Notes: generated by a model not told the origin, from the letters alone. A stretch of 64,000 nt of DNA from Candidatus Bathyarchaeia archaeon (GCA_050010755.1 JBEKKK010000001.1:1344001-1408000), one strand, 5' to 3'. Positions 18,882 through 28,413 are shown, numbered from the stretch's first letter. Program-made: numbers and translations.

Positions 18882-19349
18882 TCAACTGGCGCTCTTAATC
18901 GGTCTCTTCACGGCAACATAGAGTTGTAGAACAGACGCTATCGAGGTGATAATTGCGCCAGTTAGAGTGACGTAAGCACCGTAGAGAATCGAGTATATAT
19001 TAAAAGGCCATTCGAGTCCCAGCCTTGGCTCGATTATGCGCAGGCTTGGAAGCGCAATCCAAGCAGCTGTGATAGAAAGAGTGGCCAAGCTTCCACATAA
19101 AACTAGTAATCCTGTGTACCATCTAGGTCTTAGGATGAAAACTGCTGAAAGAAATAGTGTCAAGATACAAGTCAGCAGGATATAGGCTGCCATTTTAATG
19201 TATGGGATACCTGGCCTGGAAACAGGAACATAGTTATACAATAGAATCGTTCCTACATATCCCCATGGCATATAGCAACCTGCTAGGCTGACAGAAACTC
19301 CAAAAAGAACTATAACCGTGATTAACATCCGACGCCTCAATTCAAACAA
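18882..19349 (-). CDS. Four-TM membrane protein
   Basis: MPWG...YGAYVTL pattern. Confidence 0.7.
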   Translation of the reverse strand: MFELRRRMLITVIVLFGVSVSLAGCYMPWGYVGTILLYNYVPVSRPGIPYIKMAAYILLTCILTLFLSAVFILRPRWYTGLLVLCGSLATLSITAAWIALPSLRIIEPRLGLEWPFNIYSILYGAYVTLTGAIITSIASVLQLYVAVKRPIKSAS

Positions 19350-19396
19350 TGGACATCAGTCCCATCTTGGAAACGAAGTCTGATGAGCATATAGCT

Positions 19397-19885
19397 TTAC
19401 CGCGCTGTCTTCATTCTTAAGCCAAAATATTCATGAATATTTCCTGACAAGAGAAACCATAGTGAACAGCCAATTGCGTAAGCATATGGCATTAAAACCG
19501 CAATTAGGCTTTCGATTTGCCAGTTTGCCAGATTTTGAAGGCCTGCATACTCGCCAGTACTGTAACTTTTCCAAACAGAAAATGTAAGTCGAGAAAACAA
19601 GAAACAAACGAAAGTCCAAAAGAGCATTGACGCGTACCAAACGTATTTCGACTTGCTGACTAGCATAGAAATAGAGAGGCAGAAAGCATAGAGCGACATC
19701 AGAATTGCGGGTAAAAGACTTAACAAGACATGTTCCGTGTAGATGGCACCCTCCCCAGAAGCGGCAAGTCCTTCTCCCCCGACAAAGGCGACCAAGAAAC
19801 TGATGAGAGTGAGAAGACCCATGGCAAATGAAGCAAACAACGTCAATATCGCGACTATCTTTACACTATTTGGTTTTTTACTCAA
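19397..19885 (-). CDS. Four-TM membrane protein, paralog of 24293-24763
   Basis: MSKKPNSVKIVAILTL...SKYVWYAS..FW...PYAYAIGCS. Confidence 0.75.
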   Translation of the reverse strand: MSKKPNSVKIVAILTLFASFAMGLLTLISFLVAFVGGEGLAASGEGAIYTEHVLLSLLPAILMSLYAFCLSISMLVSKSKYVWYASMLFWTFVCFLFSRLTFSVWKSYSTGEYAGLQNLANWQIESLIAVLMPYAYAIGCSLWFLLSGNIHEYFGLRMKTAR

Positions 19886-19941
19886 CTTGCGTCACCAGCT
19901 CGCGACACTTTGGTTCATATAAACAGATTGAGCAGGAAGAA

Positions 19942-19984
19942 GTTAACTCCTGTGTTATTGACCATTAAGTCAATGATAATTGAC
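19942..19984. promoter_or_regulatory. 43-bp element GTTAAYTCCTG..TTGAC-N6-GTCAA-N6-TTGAC, copy 1
   Basis: Homologous to 24823-24865 and 26903-26945; upstream of a minus-strand gene. Confidence 0.7.
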
Positions 19985-20024
19985 CAACACGCCAACCAAC
20001 ACGCCAAAGGCGCGCTATCTCTTT

Positions 20025-21020
20025 TCATATATGCATCAGGAATGTTAGTAATACGTAGGCAACGAAAAAGACCAGACCGAAAGTCAACCCATACCAGGGT
20101 ATCTTCTTTTTTGAGATGAAATAGAGCATAAGCGAAGAGACCACTGTCGTGGCAAGAACGCTAAGATAAGCGTGAACGTCTAGGACCCATGCTGTAAGAA
20201 AAAGTCCAATCGCAATATACAATGTTGAGTACAGGACTTTTTCGCCGACCAGCGATCCTATGCTTAAGGTGTCCTTGCCTCTGAAGCCCCAGATTAAAGC
20301 GCTCGCGGTCTCAGGAATCGCGGTCGCTGCTGGGATTACGATAATAGACAGCCCGATCAAGCTAGCTCCAAGCGAAATAGATATCTGGTTAACTATTGAA
20401 ACGAGTTGGCTAGCTCCAACGTAAAGCACGACAACTGAAACAGCTAATTGAACGAAGCTTCCGATCTCCCTGTTGGGAATTATTCTGCAGAAATAGGGAC
20501 TCTCAGCCTCCGAGGCAACCTCGAAAGTTCTATGCCTATACATCAGACCAACATAAACAAGGTATGCTGATAGGAACAACAGTCCAAATAAGATCCGCAC
20601 TTGAAATGAATGAAAAACCGATGGAACTAGCGCTATCGGCAAGAGAATCGTGACGAAAATGAACGGTATTGCCAGAGTTTGGCTAACTTCAAGGTAGCTG
20701 TGCTTCCTTCTTTTCAGAAAGAAACCGAATAAAGCGACTACTCCGACCAACCCGTAAGAAACACTCGACGCTATGAACGGCTCACCGAATATTGTTCCAA
20801 CCGCCACCGCCGCACCGCCGGCTCCCCTAAGACTGAAAATGGCTATGAGCAATACCACAAGCTCGGGAAGTGACGTGAAAAGCGGCGACAGAATAGCACC
20901 CACAAAAGAATGCCCTATGTTAAACCTGTAGCCAAGGAACTCGATCGAATTCACATACAGCAATGCGGATACGAAAACAACTATAATACTAATCAGCAGA
21001 AATACTACGAGCTCAAGCAT
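20025..21020 (-). CDS. Sodium/calcium exchanger (CaCA family) membrane protein
   Basis: Alpha-repeats TSLPEL...GTIFG and TAIPET...GSLVG. Confidence 0.88.
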   Translation of the reverse strand: MLELVVFLLISIIVVFVSALLYVNSIEFLGYRFNIGHSFVGAILSPLFTSLPELVVLLIAIFSLRGAGGAAVAVGTIFGEPFIASSVSYGLVGVVALFGFFLKRRKHSYLEVSQTLAIPFIFVTILLPIALVPSVFHSFQVRILFGLLFLSAYLVYVGLMYRHRTFEVASEAESPYFCRIIPNREIGSFVQLAVSVVVLYVGASQLVSIVNQISISLGASLIGLSIIVIPAATAIPETASALIWGFRGKDTLSIGSLVGEKVLYSTLYIAIGLFLTAWVLDVHAYLSVLATTVVSSLMLYFISKKKIPWYGLTFGLVFFVAYVLLTFLMHI

Positions 21021-21306
21021 TTTTATGCCATCAAAAAAACTATTGAGACCCGTGGATCTATTTATGTGATTACTTGTTTCAGCGCGTGCAGAAACAGTGG
21101 ATGCGTTTCCTAGCCGACCAAACTGAAGATGAGTTGACCCTTCACAGCATCAACTCCTAATTCCAGTCTCAGAACGTCCAAGTTCACTATTAGATATTAG
21201 GCGCGCGCGTGAATTATGAGAACGCGTGTTGCTGCGGCACTACAGTCACACAGGCTTAAATATCGTGCACATTATTCTTGTTATCAGGTGATTTGGTTTG
21301 TTGTTC

Positions 21307-21597
21307 ATGGTTGTTGCTAGGCATAGTGCTGAGTCGTGCCCTGCAGGCACAGTTCGACCTGATAAAGGGTTCGCAGCAAAGGTGGAAGAGAGTATGAAGA
21401 AATCTGGAGTCAAGGAAATAGCAGGATACTCGGATGTACCAGGCCACGTACACTATTTTGTTCTCGAAACCGACAGTAATACAGCTCTCAATAATGCCGT
21501 TGAACCGCTAAGGCTTGTAGGAGACGTAACCATAACTCCGGTACTCAAGTGGTCAGACGTAGTTGTCTGGGCCAAGCAAATAGGGATTCAAAAGTAG
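21307..21597 (+). CDS. Small ferredoxin-like-fold protein (DUF3303/GYD-like)
   Basis: H.AESCP...DVPGHVHYFVLETD...TPV. Confidence 0.6.
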   Translation: MVVARHSAESCPAGTVRPDKGFAAKVEESMKKSGVKEIAGYSDVPGHVHYFVLETDSNTALNNAVEPLRLVGDVTITPVLKWSDVVVWAKQIGIQK

Positions 21598-21653
21598 CCC
21601 ACGCGTTAGAAACGAATATCAATCGTAAATCAGTCAAGGTTGGAGGTGAGCCT

Positions 21654-21827
21654 ATGAGTAAAGGTAAGATGAAGACGATGACTTGCCCCGAGTGTGGATG
21701 GACTGTGAAGTCGCCTTGGGGAGAGAACGATGTAATGGACCATATAATGCTTCATGCAAAGAATCATCATCCTGAGTTTTTGAAGCACAGCAAGGAAGAC
21801 ATGAAGAGGACGATAAAGGACGCATAG
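21654..21827 (+). CDS. Small metal-binding protein (DUF1059-like)
   Basis: CPECGW...HAKNHH; RBS GGAGGTGA before ATG 21654. Confidence 0.75.
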   Translation: MSKGKMKTMTCPECGWTVKSPWGENDVMDHIMLHAKNHHPEFLKHSKEDMKRTIKDA

Positions 21828-21877
21828 GCTAGTTACAGACACCTAGAGTTAATTGAACGTGAGAGGAGGTGAAATAA

Positions 21878-22270
21878 ATGGGAGAATATGAAGACACGAC
21901 AAGAGATATTGAGAAGACCTTCGGATTTGTTCCGGGCTTCATGAAAGGACTGCCACACGATGTTCTAATCCACGACTGGCCTCTAATGAAAAAATACACC
22001 CTCGGAGAAAGCAAGATACCCGCAAAGCAAAGGGAGCTCTTAGGCTTAGCGGTAGCAGCTAACATAAAATGCCCATACTGCCAGCTCTTCCACAAGAGCG
22101 TTGCCCAAATGTATGGAGCCACACCGGAAGAGTTCGCCGAGATTGCGTTCCTAGCCAGCTATACATCCAGGTGGAGCTCCATGATTCACGCCCAACACTA
22201 CCCCTATGAAACTTTTGAAAGAGAAACACGACAAATAGGCGAACACCTAAGCAAAGCTGCCAAAAAGTAA
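21878..22270 (+). CDS. Carboxymuconolactone decarboxylase / AhpD family protein
   Basis: FGFVP, RELLGLAVA...CPYC..FH. Confidence 0.88.
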   Translation: MGEYEDTTRDIEKTFGFVPGFMKGLPHDVLIHDWPLMKKYTLGESKIPAKQRELLGLAVAANIKCPYCQLFHKSVAQMYGATPEEFAEIAFLASYTSRWSSMIHAQHYPYETFERETRQIGEHLSKAAKK

Positions 22271-22325
22271 AATGACAGAATCCGCGCACACTTTCCTTTT
22301 TTTCTTCCTCTCATTGCATCAAGCT

Positions 22326-22380
22326 ATCAATGTCGCGCTCGCATCACGCTCGCGCTCCAACCAATGAAAACACAAAAGCG
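22326..22380 (+). repeat. 55-bp direct repeat, copy 1
   Basis: 52/55 identical to 24095-24149. Confidence 0.9.
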
Positions 22381-22840
22381 CGCGCTTATTCTATAGGATT
22401 TTTCAAAGACGCGTGCTACTACACGCGACCTTGTTCCCAACGTCCATGCGCACGAAACCACGCTTCATGATGCGCAAAATCACCAAAAGTCTTCAAATGC
22501 GAAGCCAAATCTGCCTCAGTTGCAAACACACAGGGGCACCAACGACACTTAAAACACTTCTCAACTTCACTCATGTAAGCCACAGCGGATCTAACACATA
22601 AACACTGATAAATCTAATCCTCACTACTAGGGCGCGCACGCTAATAGCAACGTAAATAGACGCGCTATCTAGACGCAGTATCAGAATGCATTAAGCGCGC
22701 GCGATGAGCATCATTTCTACTTCATTGCTTCTTTCTTCTTTTTTCTTCTTTCATTCTATCTCTCTTTGTTTTGGTTACCATGGCGTCACGCCCCATTTAC
22801 CAGAATGGCAAGCGCCCTACAAAACGCTTATGTCTCCAGA

Positions 22841-23125
22841 ATGCATTTCTTGGTATCTAAAGTTGAAAGCGAGGAATGTGTTTTTAGTCCCAAAAAACGA
22901 GCTCCAAGAAACGCAAAAAACAAACGCGGCAGAGGCATAAATTACCCTATCAAGCTTGGGGAAGAATATGAAGTAGACATAGTAGATATGACTCCAAACG
23001 GGCAGGGCATCGCCAGAATCAAAGGTTTTCCAATCTTCATCAGCAACACAAAACCCAACGAACACCTAAAAATAAAAATAACAAATCTGACCAGCGGTGG
23101 CGCAGACGCCCAAATAATCCCATAA
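22841..23125 (+). CDS. Stand-alone TRAM-domain protein
   Basis: PIKLGEEYEVDIVDM...GQGIARIKGFPIFI....P.E.LKIKIT; start uncertain. Confidence 0.85.
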   Translation: MHFLVSKVESEECVFSPKKRAPRNAKNKRGRGINYPIKLGEEYEVDIVDMTPNGQGIARIKGFPIFISNTKPNEHLKIKITNLTSGGADAQIIP

Positions 23126-23213
23126 CTTTCTATCGCGCGCGCTAAGCAATCGTTTATATAAAGTGCAGTCGCGTTATAACAACGACACAAAAACTAAGGA
23201 GAAAAGCAGAAAA

Positions 23214-23276
23214 ATGCCGAGCACACAAAAGAAGAAAAAACCACTCCCCAAAAAATACACGAAAAACAAGAAATAA
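23214..23276 (+). CDS. Putative 20-aa Lys-rich microprotein
   Basis: MPSTQKKKKPLPKKYTKNKK*; upstream TTTATATA and AAGGAG. Confidence 0.35.
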   Translation: MPSTQKKKKPLPKKYTKNKK

Positions 23277-23476
23277 CTAAGGAACCATGATGGAAGCAGA
23301 CGCACAAAATGCCAAGTCCTTAATCACCTTCCGCGCGCGCATGAGCAAGCCGAAGTCTTGAAGCCCCAAGAAAGAGCACGGCAAGACTCTTTTTCTCTTT
23401 TTACGCGCGCGAGACATCGCAACACAACGAAAATTAGAGTGCGGTTATTTAGACTCACTGTAGACAACAAGTAAGG

Positions 23477-24031
23477 GTGACTCAAATAATGGGAAACAAT
23501 GTGCGTTTCAAGTGTCTTCATTGTGGCCGATGCTGTAGAAACCTCTTAAGAGGATACAATGGAATCATCAGTGGACTAGTGCTGTTTCCTGATGAAACTG
23601 AACTTTTTCCGAAGGAGATTGTATTTCCAAGTATAGGCTTGGGATTTGACAGAATAGACCCTTTGAAACCCGAGTCCATTCTGACATATCAACTTGATTC
23701 AGAGGATTGTCCACATGTTTCAGAAAAGAACACCTGCAAAATCTACGATAAAAGACCCCTAATCTGTCGCGCATTTCCACTAATAACAATGAATGAAAAA
23801 GGATTCAACATTGCGGATTCGCAAAATTGCCTTTTTGTAGAAAAGGCAGAGCAAGAAAAAGGACCATTGGATTCGCTTCTCCCAATTACCCCAAAAAGGC
23901 TAAAGGCGCAATCAGAATGGGTGTTCGCAAGAATCATAAATACACGTTGGGAAGCAATCACTGCAAAACAGCACAAAGACCAAGCAGCCCTTAGAAAATT
24001 CAACCTAGCAACAAAAGAATGGGCACTCTAA
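23477..24031 (+). CDS. YkgJ-family cysteine-cluster protein
   Basis: FKCLHCGRCC...CP......CKIY.KRPLICRAFP. Confidence 0.88.
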   Translation: MTQIMGNNVRFKCLHCGRCCRNLLRGYNGIISGLVLFPDETELFPKEIVFPSIGLGFDRIDPLKPESILTYQLDSEDCPHVSEKNTCKIYDKRPLICRAFPLITMNEKGFNIADSQNCLFVEKAEQEKGPLDSLLPITPKRLKAQSEWVFARIINTRWEAITAKQHKDQAALRKFNLATKEWAL

Positions 24032-24094
24032 ACACTCATCAACAAAGCGCGCGCGCTCTCTTCTTTCAAACCTCCAATCGAATTGATTCAACCC

Positions 24095-24149
24095 ATCAAT
24101 GTCGCGCTGGCATCACGCTCGCGCTCCAACCCATGAAAACACAAAGGCG
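24095..24149 (+). repeat. 55-bp direct repeat, copy 2
   Basis: 52/55 identical to 22326-22380. Confidence 0.9.
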
Positions 24150-24292
24150 AGCGCGTCACGCTAGACCGATAAGGAAACAATTTTGAAAGAGCTGTCGATT
24201 TGGTCGGCCGGAGGGGTTCCTTTGCAGAAGTAGAGACTCCTTAGCGGGGCGCGCTATCACTATTGTTTGTTTTTGTCCATCAAATCACGTCA

Positions 24293-24763
24293 CTAAACGT
24301 CAAAGTAATCTCTTACACCTCTCTTGAAAATAAAATAAATTGAGCATCCGACTGCATAGACATATGGCAATAAGATTAAAGTCAACTGTCCAATTCCCAT
24401 TTCTAAATCCTGCATATTGTCTGACGGAAAACTAGCCCACACATTTACCCAACCAGAATAAGCAAAGTTGGCAAGCAATATACAAACCAAAATCCAAAAC
24501 ACTATTGAAGCATACCAAATGTACTTTGACCTGATAAGAAACAAAACAATACCCAAAATCAAGGCATATTCCCAACATATTTGCAGAGGTAAAGCAATTA
24601 CTGGATATGGTGGTGTAGGATTCTCATAATCACCTTCTCCTCCACCTCCAACAAAACCAATAGAAGAAACGACAACAATAGCATCAAGGGAAGCTAAAAC
24701 AAAGAAAGCAATCAAAGTCAATATCGCAACTATTGTTACACTATTAGGCCGCCTTTTACTCAT
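24293..24763 (-). CDS. Four-TM membrane protein, paralog of 19397-19885
   Basis: MSKRRPNSVTIVAILTL...SKYIWYAS..FW...PYVYAVGCS. Confidence 0.75.
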   Translation of the reverse strand: MSKRRPNSVTIVAILTLIAFFVLASLDAIVVVSSIGFVGGGGEGDYENPTPPYPVIALPLQICWEYALILGIVLFLIRSKYIWYASIVFWILVCILLANFAYSGWVNVWASFPSDNMQDLEMGIGQLTLILLPYVYAVGCSIYFIFKRGVRDYFDV

Positions 24764-24822
24764 TCATATCACCAACACACGCGACACCGCAACTCATACA
24801 AGCAAATGAACAGAATGACACC

Positions 24823-24865
24823 GTTAACTCCTGCGTCATTGACCACCTGGTCAACGATCATTGAC
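24823..24865. promoter_or_regulatory. 43-bp TTGAC/GTCAA element, copy 2
   Basis: GTTAACTCCTGCGTCATTGACCACCTGGTCAACGATCATTGAC. Confidence 0.7.
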
Positions 24866-24890
24866 ATGTTTGTGCCCTGCTTCGAGCGCG

Positions 24891-24989
24891 CTAGTTAAGC
24901 ACCTGCCCTTAGGGGATGTCAGCGGCGACGGTATAGTTAACATGAGAGACATCGCTCTCGTGGCCAGAAACTTGGGAAACCACGAATAA
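24891..24989 (+). pseudogene. Dockerin-like gene fragment
   Basis: LGDVSGDGIVNMRDIALVARNLG..* with no convincing gene body upstream. Confidence 0.65.
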
Positions 24990-25154
24990 CACAACTCACC
25001 GCGCACTATTTGGGATTTGAGTTTTTCGATCAGCGCAAACATGGACTGGAAAGTTGAAGCGCCAAGGAGCTGTTAACCAAGGTCTATTCTATCTACGGAC
25101 ATGCGCTCTCGAGTAAATCCTGCCGCTCTAACCTCTGCCTGCGTCGCGGGTGAG

Positions 25155-25904
25155 TTATTTAGCGAGCACCGTGACAGTACTGTTGGACAAGATGGGTGTT
25201 GTCAGATTTAATCCTGGGTCAAGATAATACGTCCCTAGCAACAGGTCGTTACCCAGGGATAAACCGAGGGTTGATGAGCCTGAAGAGAGTGCCTTGAACG
25301 TTACTTGGCATAGAAATCCTGAGCCGTAAAACGTCGTTTGGTTTTGCCCTAACAGACTATCGCCGGCGAGCACGTATCCTTCATCATTTTGAATAGATTG
25401 TAACGGTCTCTGGGTAAATTCTGTGCTGTTGAAGTCTATAAGAGCCTGAGACACTGGGTATTTGTCTGAAAACACTTGCGGGTTTGGAACTGAAACATTG
25501 ACGCACTCTACAATTGTAGAGTTGAAAGTGAAATTGATCTGCCAAGCATACATGTTTGTGAGGTTCTCAGCGAAGACGGAAACGGAAAACATGTCACCGG
25601 CACTCACGTTGACTTCCTGAGGAAGCACCATAAAAATTGTTTCATTGTCAGGGTTGGGCATAACCATATCTGATGTCGATTGCGTAGTCGAAACTGAGCC
25701 AGTAGTCCCCGGTGATTGAGTCGCCCGCGCAGAGTTAATAATCTGTGTCGAATCAATCATCGGCACCGAGCTCATCGGCGGCGTCGTCTGAGTCGTTGGA
25801 ATCGAACCCGTCGCTGAAACAAACAAACCGATAAAGGTGACGCCCAGCAGAAGACAAACGCAAACGGTGAGAGAGACTATTCTGGAAAATGCACCACGGT
25901 TCAA
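25155..25904 (-). CDS. Secreted cohesin-domain protein
   Basis: Signal/TM, Thr-rich linker, FSVSV...MYAWQINFTFN...GSG.LCQVTFKA..SG.S.L. Confidence 0.78.
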   Translation of the reverse strand: MNRGAFSRIVSLTVCVCLLLGVTFIGLFVSATGSIPTTQTTPPMSSVPMIDSTQIINSARATQSPGTTGSVSTTQSTSDMVMPNPDNETIFMVLPQEVNVSAGDMFSVSVFAENLTNMYAWQINFTFNSTIVECVNVSVPNPQVFSDKYPVSQALIDFNSTEFTQRPLQSIQNDEGYVLAGDSLLGQNQTTFYGSGFLCQVTFKALSSGSSTLGLSLGNDLLLGTYYLDPGLNLTTPILSNSTVTVLAK

Positions 25905-26125
25905 CGTAACCTAACACCACCTAAGCATATAGAGAGGTCCAACTTTTAACTCTGTCGCAAACTGAAACAGAAAGAAACGACTTTACAAGTTTCCTCAAAG
26001 AATCCACATCTCCAGAACTTCAAATGAAACAAACAACCGCGTACTGTGAAAGTTCTGTTACGAACGTTAACATGCCTGCTTACAGCAATAGTAAGACAAC
26101 TCCAAGAAAACTCTTCCCTTGCAAT

Positions 26126-26863
26126 TTAATCTCTTCCTCTGCAGGCTTCATATTTCGAATCACACAAGTGCCCTAACACATAGAAAAAGAAGTAGTTTCT
26201 CCACCACACCTTGTAGCTCTTCAACAATCCCCACTGTCCAAGTCTTCGACTGGACTCAAAAACGGGAGTCGACAACACTTTTGTCCGTCCGTAAGACGAT
26301 GCCTTCCGCAGCATGTCTGTTATCTCCAGCATTGGAAGTTTTTCGTTAAACCCCTTTATCCTCCAAAAAATGTCTTTCCTTACCGCAGTCATATCTCCTC
26401 TGTTATAAAACTTCAAAAGAAAACTCAGATAAGCGCATAACCTGACGTACAACCCATCTAACACATAGAACAAGACACTTGAGAGCGTCCTTCGTCGAGA
26501 CGAAGGTAAAACCCGCGAGATTACAGAAACCACGGAAGTATCTCTGAACTCTTTAGCGACATCAGTGAGCGAAGACTTCTGCAACGTCGTATCCGCATCC
26601 ATGAAAATCAAGATGCTGCCCTTTGCCAGACTCGCGCCGAAATTCCTCGCCCTAGAAACACCACGAGGAAGAAACGCGTACACGTTCTTGACGTATTTCC
26701 TTGCCTCTCCAACCGTGCCATCACTGCTACTATCTACTACGATAATTTCGGTGCTGACCCCGTATCTTCCAACCTCTTCACTAGCTTCTTTTACCTTCCT
26801 CAAAGTTTTTCCTATATATTTCCGTTCGTTCCTAGTGACCAAAATGACTGAAAGATCCGCCAT
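26126..26863 (-). CDS. Glycosyltransferase family 2
   Basis: LSVIL...EIIVVD.SSDGT...ARNFGA...FMDAD. Confidence 0.92.
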   Translation of the reverse strand: MADLSVILVTRNERKYIGKTLRKVKEASEEVGRYGVSTEIIVVDSSSDGTVGEARKYVKNVYAFLPRGVSRARNFGASLAKGSILIFMDADTTLQKSSLTDVAKEFRDTSVVSVISRVLPSSRRRTLSSVLFYVLDGLYVRLCAYLSFLLKFYNRGDMTAVRKDIFWRIKGFNEKLPMLEITDMLRKASSYGRTKVLSTPVFESSRRLGQWGLLKSYKVWWRNYFFFYVLGHLCDSKYEACRGRD

Positions 26864-26902
26864 TCAACCACATCCACAAACTGCATCAAGAAAGGAGCGA
26901 CA

Positions 26903-26989
26903 GTTAATTCCTGCCTTGTTGACCACGATGTCAACGATTGTTGACCTCCAGCCTGTTCTTCGTAACTGTTGTTGTCAACCAATGTTGAC
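26903..26989. promoter_or_regulatory. TTGAC/GTCAA element, copy 3, plus an extra GTCAA-N6-TTGAC at 26974-26989
   Basis: Between the divergent GT2 gene and the wHTH-TM regulator. Confidence 0.7.
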
Positions 26990-27062
26990 TACTGGTTCGG
27001 TGGCGGTTGATAACGGCAAGGATTAATTACGAGTTGCTTAGAGAAAGGTTTCAGGACTCGCA

Positions 27063-28187
27063 ATGGTAGATGCTGCGGAACTCTTTGAAGCTATTTCGCA
27101 TCCTGAGCGAATAAGAATTCTCAAAATCCTTGAGAAGCAACCCACTAGCTTTGCTTCCCTGAAGAGACAGTTGGGCATTGACAGCAGCGGGAACGTCGAC
27201 TTCCACCTCAAGAAACTCGCAGAACTCGTCGCAGTCAGGGAGGATGGGTTGTACGGGTTGACAGCCGCAGGGAAAGAGGCTCTCCTGTCCATAGACGCAG
27301 TAGAAGCATGGGCGGAAATGGAGAGACGGAAAACCAAGATGTTCAGAAAAATGCCCAACGAAGCGTTCGCCCTTGGGTTGCTAGAAATCTGCAGCTCGAC
27401 AGCTTTAATCTTCTGGTTCTTGCTACCCCAAATTCAATTGCCTTTTATCATGGACAGCCTATGGGGATACATCTTTTTTGGGGCCCTGGTACTCCTAGGC
27501 TTCCGTTCAGGCATTGGCGCATTCTTCCATTTGAGCTGGAGCTGGACTATGACTCTGGCCAAATCAGCTCTGATCATTTCAATGAGCCTCTTTCTACTCG
27601 ACTACATCTGGACACCAGGAGCAGTCACACAATCAGGCCTCGTGGCGCTCTCGTATCTGGCCTTCGTTGCTGCGGAAATAGCTGCTGTAATTCTGGCATT
27701 GAGACCTTTACTAAAGGATTACCTTGGAATAATAAGCCGGGCCAAACTGCCCCGCCGTGACCTCATCGGCAGCCTACTATGCATCTCCGGGGGGATGCTG
27801 CTAATTCTTCTGGAAAATGCAGTTCGCTTTCACGTTCTTCCGAACACGTTAAACCTACTAATGCTACCCGACCATGTTGGCACAGTTTTCGCCTCTATGG
27901 CCGATACATCCATTCTATGCGGCCTACTCATGATTGCCGGAGGCGTTCTAATTCCGCTAAGAAGCAGCATCCTGGGAGCCGTAATCAGCATCATCTTCGG
28001 GCTTTTCCCCACTCCGCTTTCTATCATTCCCTGGCTTCCAAAGCAAACAACCCACCACGCTTTCGAGCTCATATACGGAATAAACCAATCATTGCCGTAT
28101 GCCTTAATCGCCGCAATAGTCTACGCTCTGCCAATAGTTGGAGGGCTACTTGCTCTGTACAGTGCGTGGCGAAAAATCCGAACATAA
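27063..28187 (+). CDS. ArsR-like wHTH domain fused to a multi-TM domain
   Basis: LFEAISHPERIRILK.L...SSGNVDFHLKKL...YGLT..G, then 7-8 TM segments. Confidence 0.85.
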   Translation: MVDAAELFEAISHPERIRILKILEKQPTSFASLKRQLGIDSSGNVDFHLKKLAELVAVREDGLYGLTAAGKEALLSIDAVEAWAEMERRKTKMFRKMPNEAFALGLLEICSSTALIFWFLLPQIQLPFIMDSLWGYIFFGALVLLGFRSGIGAFFHLSWSWTMTLAKSALIISMSLFLLDYIWTPGAVTQSGLVALSYLAFVAAEIAAVILALRPLLKDYLGIISRAKLPRRDLIGSLLCISGGMLLILLENAVRFHVLPNTLNLLMLPDHVGTVFASMADTSILCGLLMIAGGVLIPLRSSILGAVISIIFGLFPTPLSIIPWLPKQTTHHAFELIYGINQSLPYALIAAIVYALPIVGGLLALYSAWRKIRT

Positions 28188-28299
28188 ACTAACCATACTG
28201 CATGCACTAAGAAATGTCTTGCATAAACCTGGGCGACCAGCGCGCGCTAACAAACCATTATATTTGTTGAACCGTAACTGTAGTAATGAGGTTTACTGA

Positions 28300-28413
28300 A
28301 TGGGAATAATTCAAAAGAAATGTTCAGTTTGCGGAAAAGCCTTTACGACATTAGATGCCAAAACCAAGTATTGCAGTGCCCAATGCGCCAAAAAAGCAAA
28401 TAAGAAAAAGTAG
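28300..28413 (+). CDS. 37-aa zinc-finger microprotein
   Basis: MGIIQKKCSVCGKAFTTLDAKTKYCSAQCAKKANKKK*; upstream GAGG. Confidence 0.65.
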   Translation: MGIIQKKCSVCGKAFTTLDAKTKYCSAQCAKKANKKK

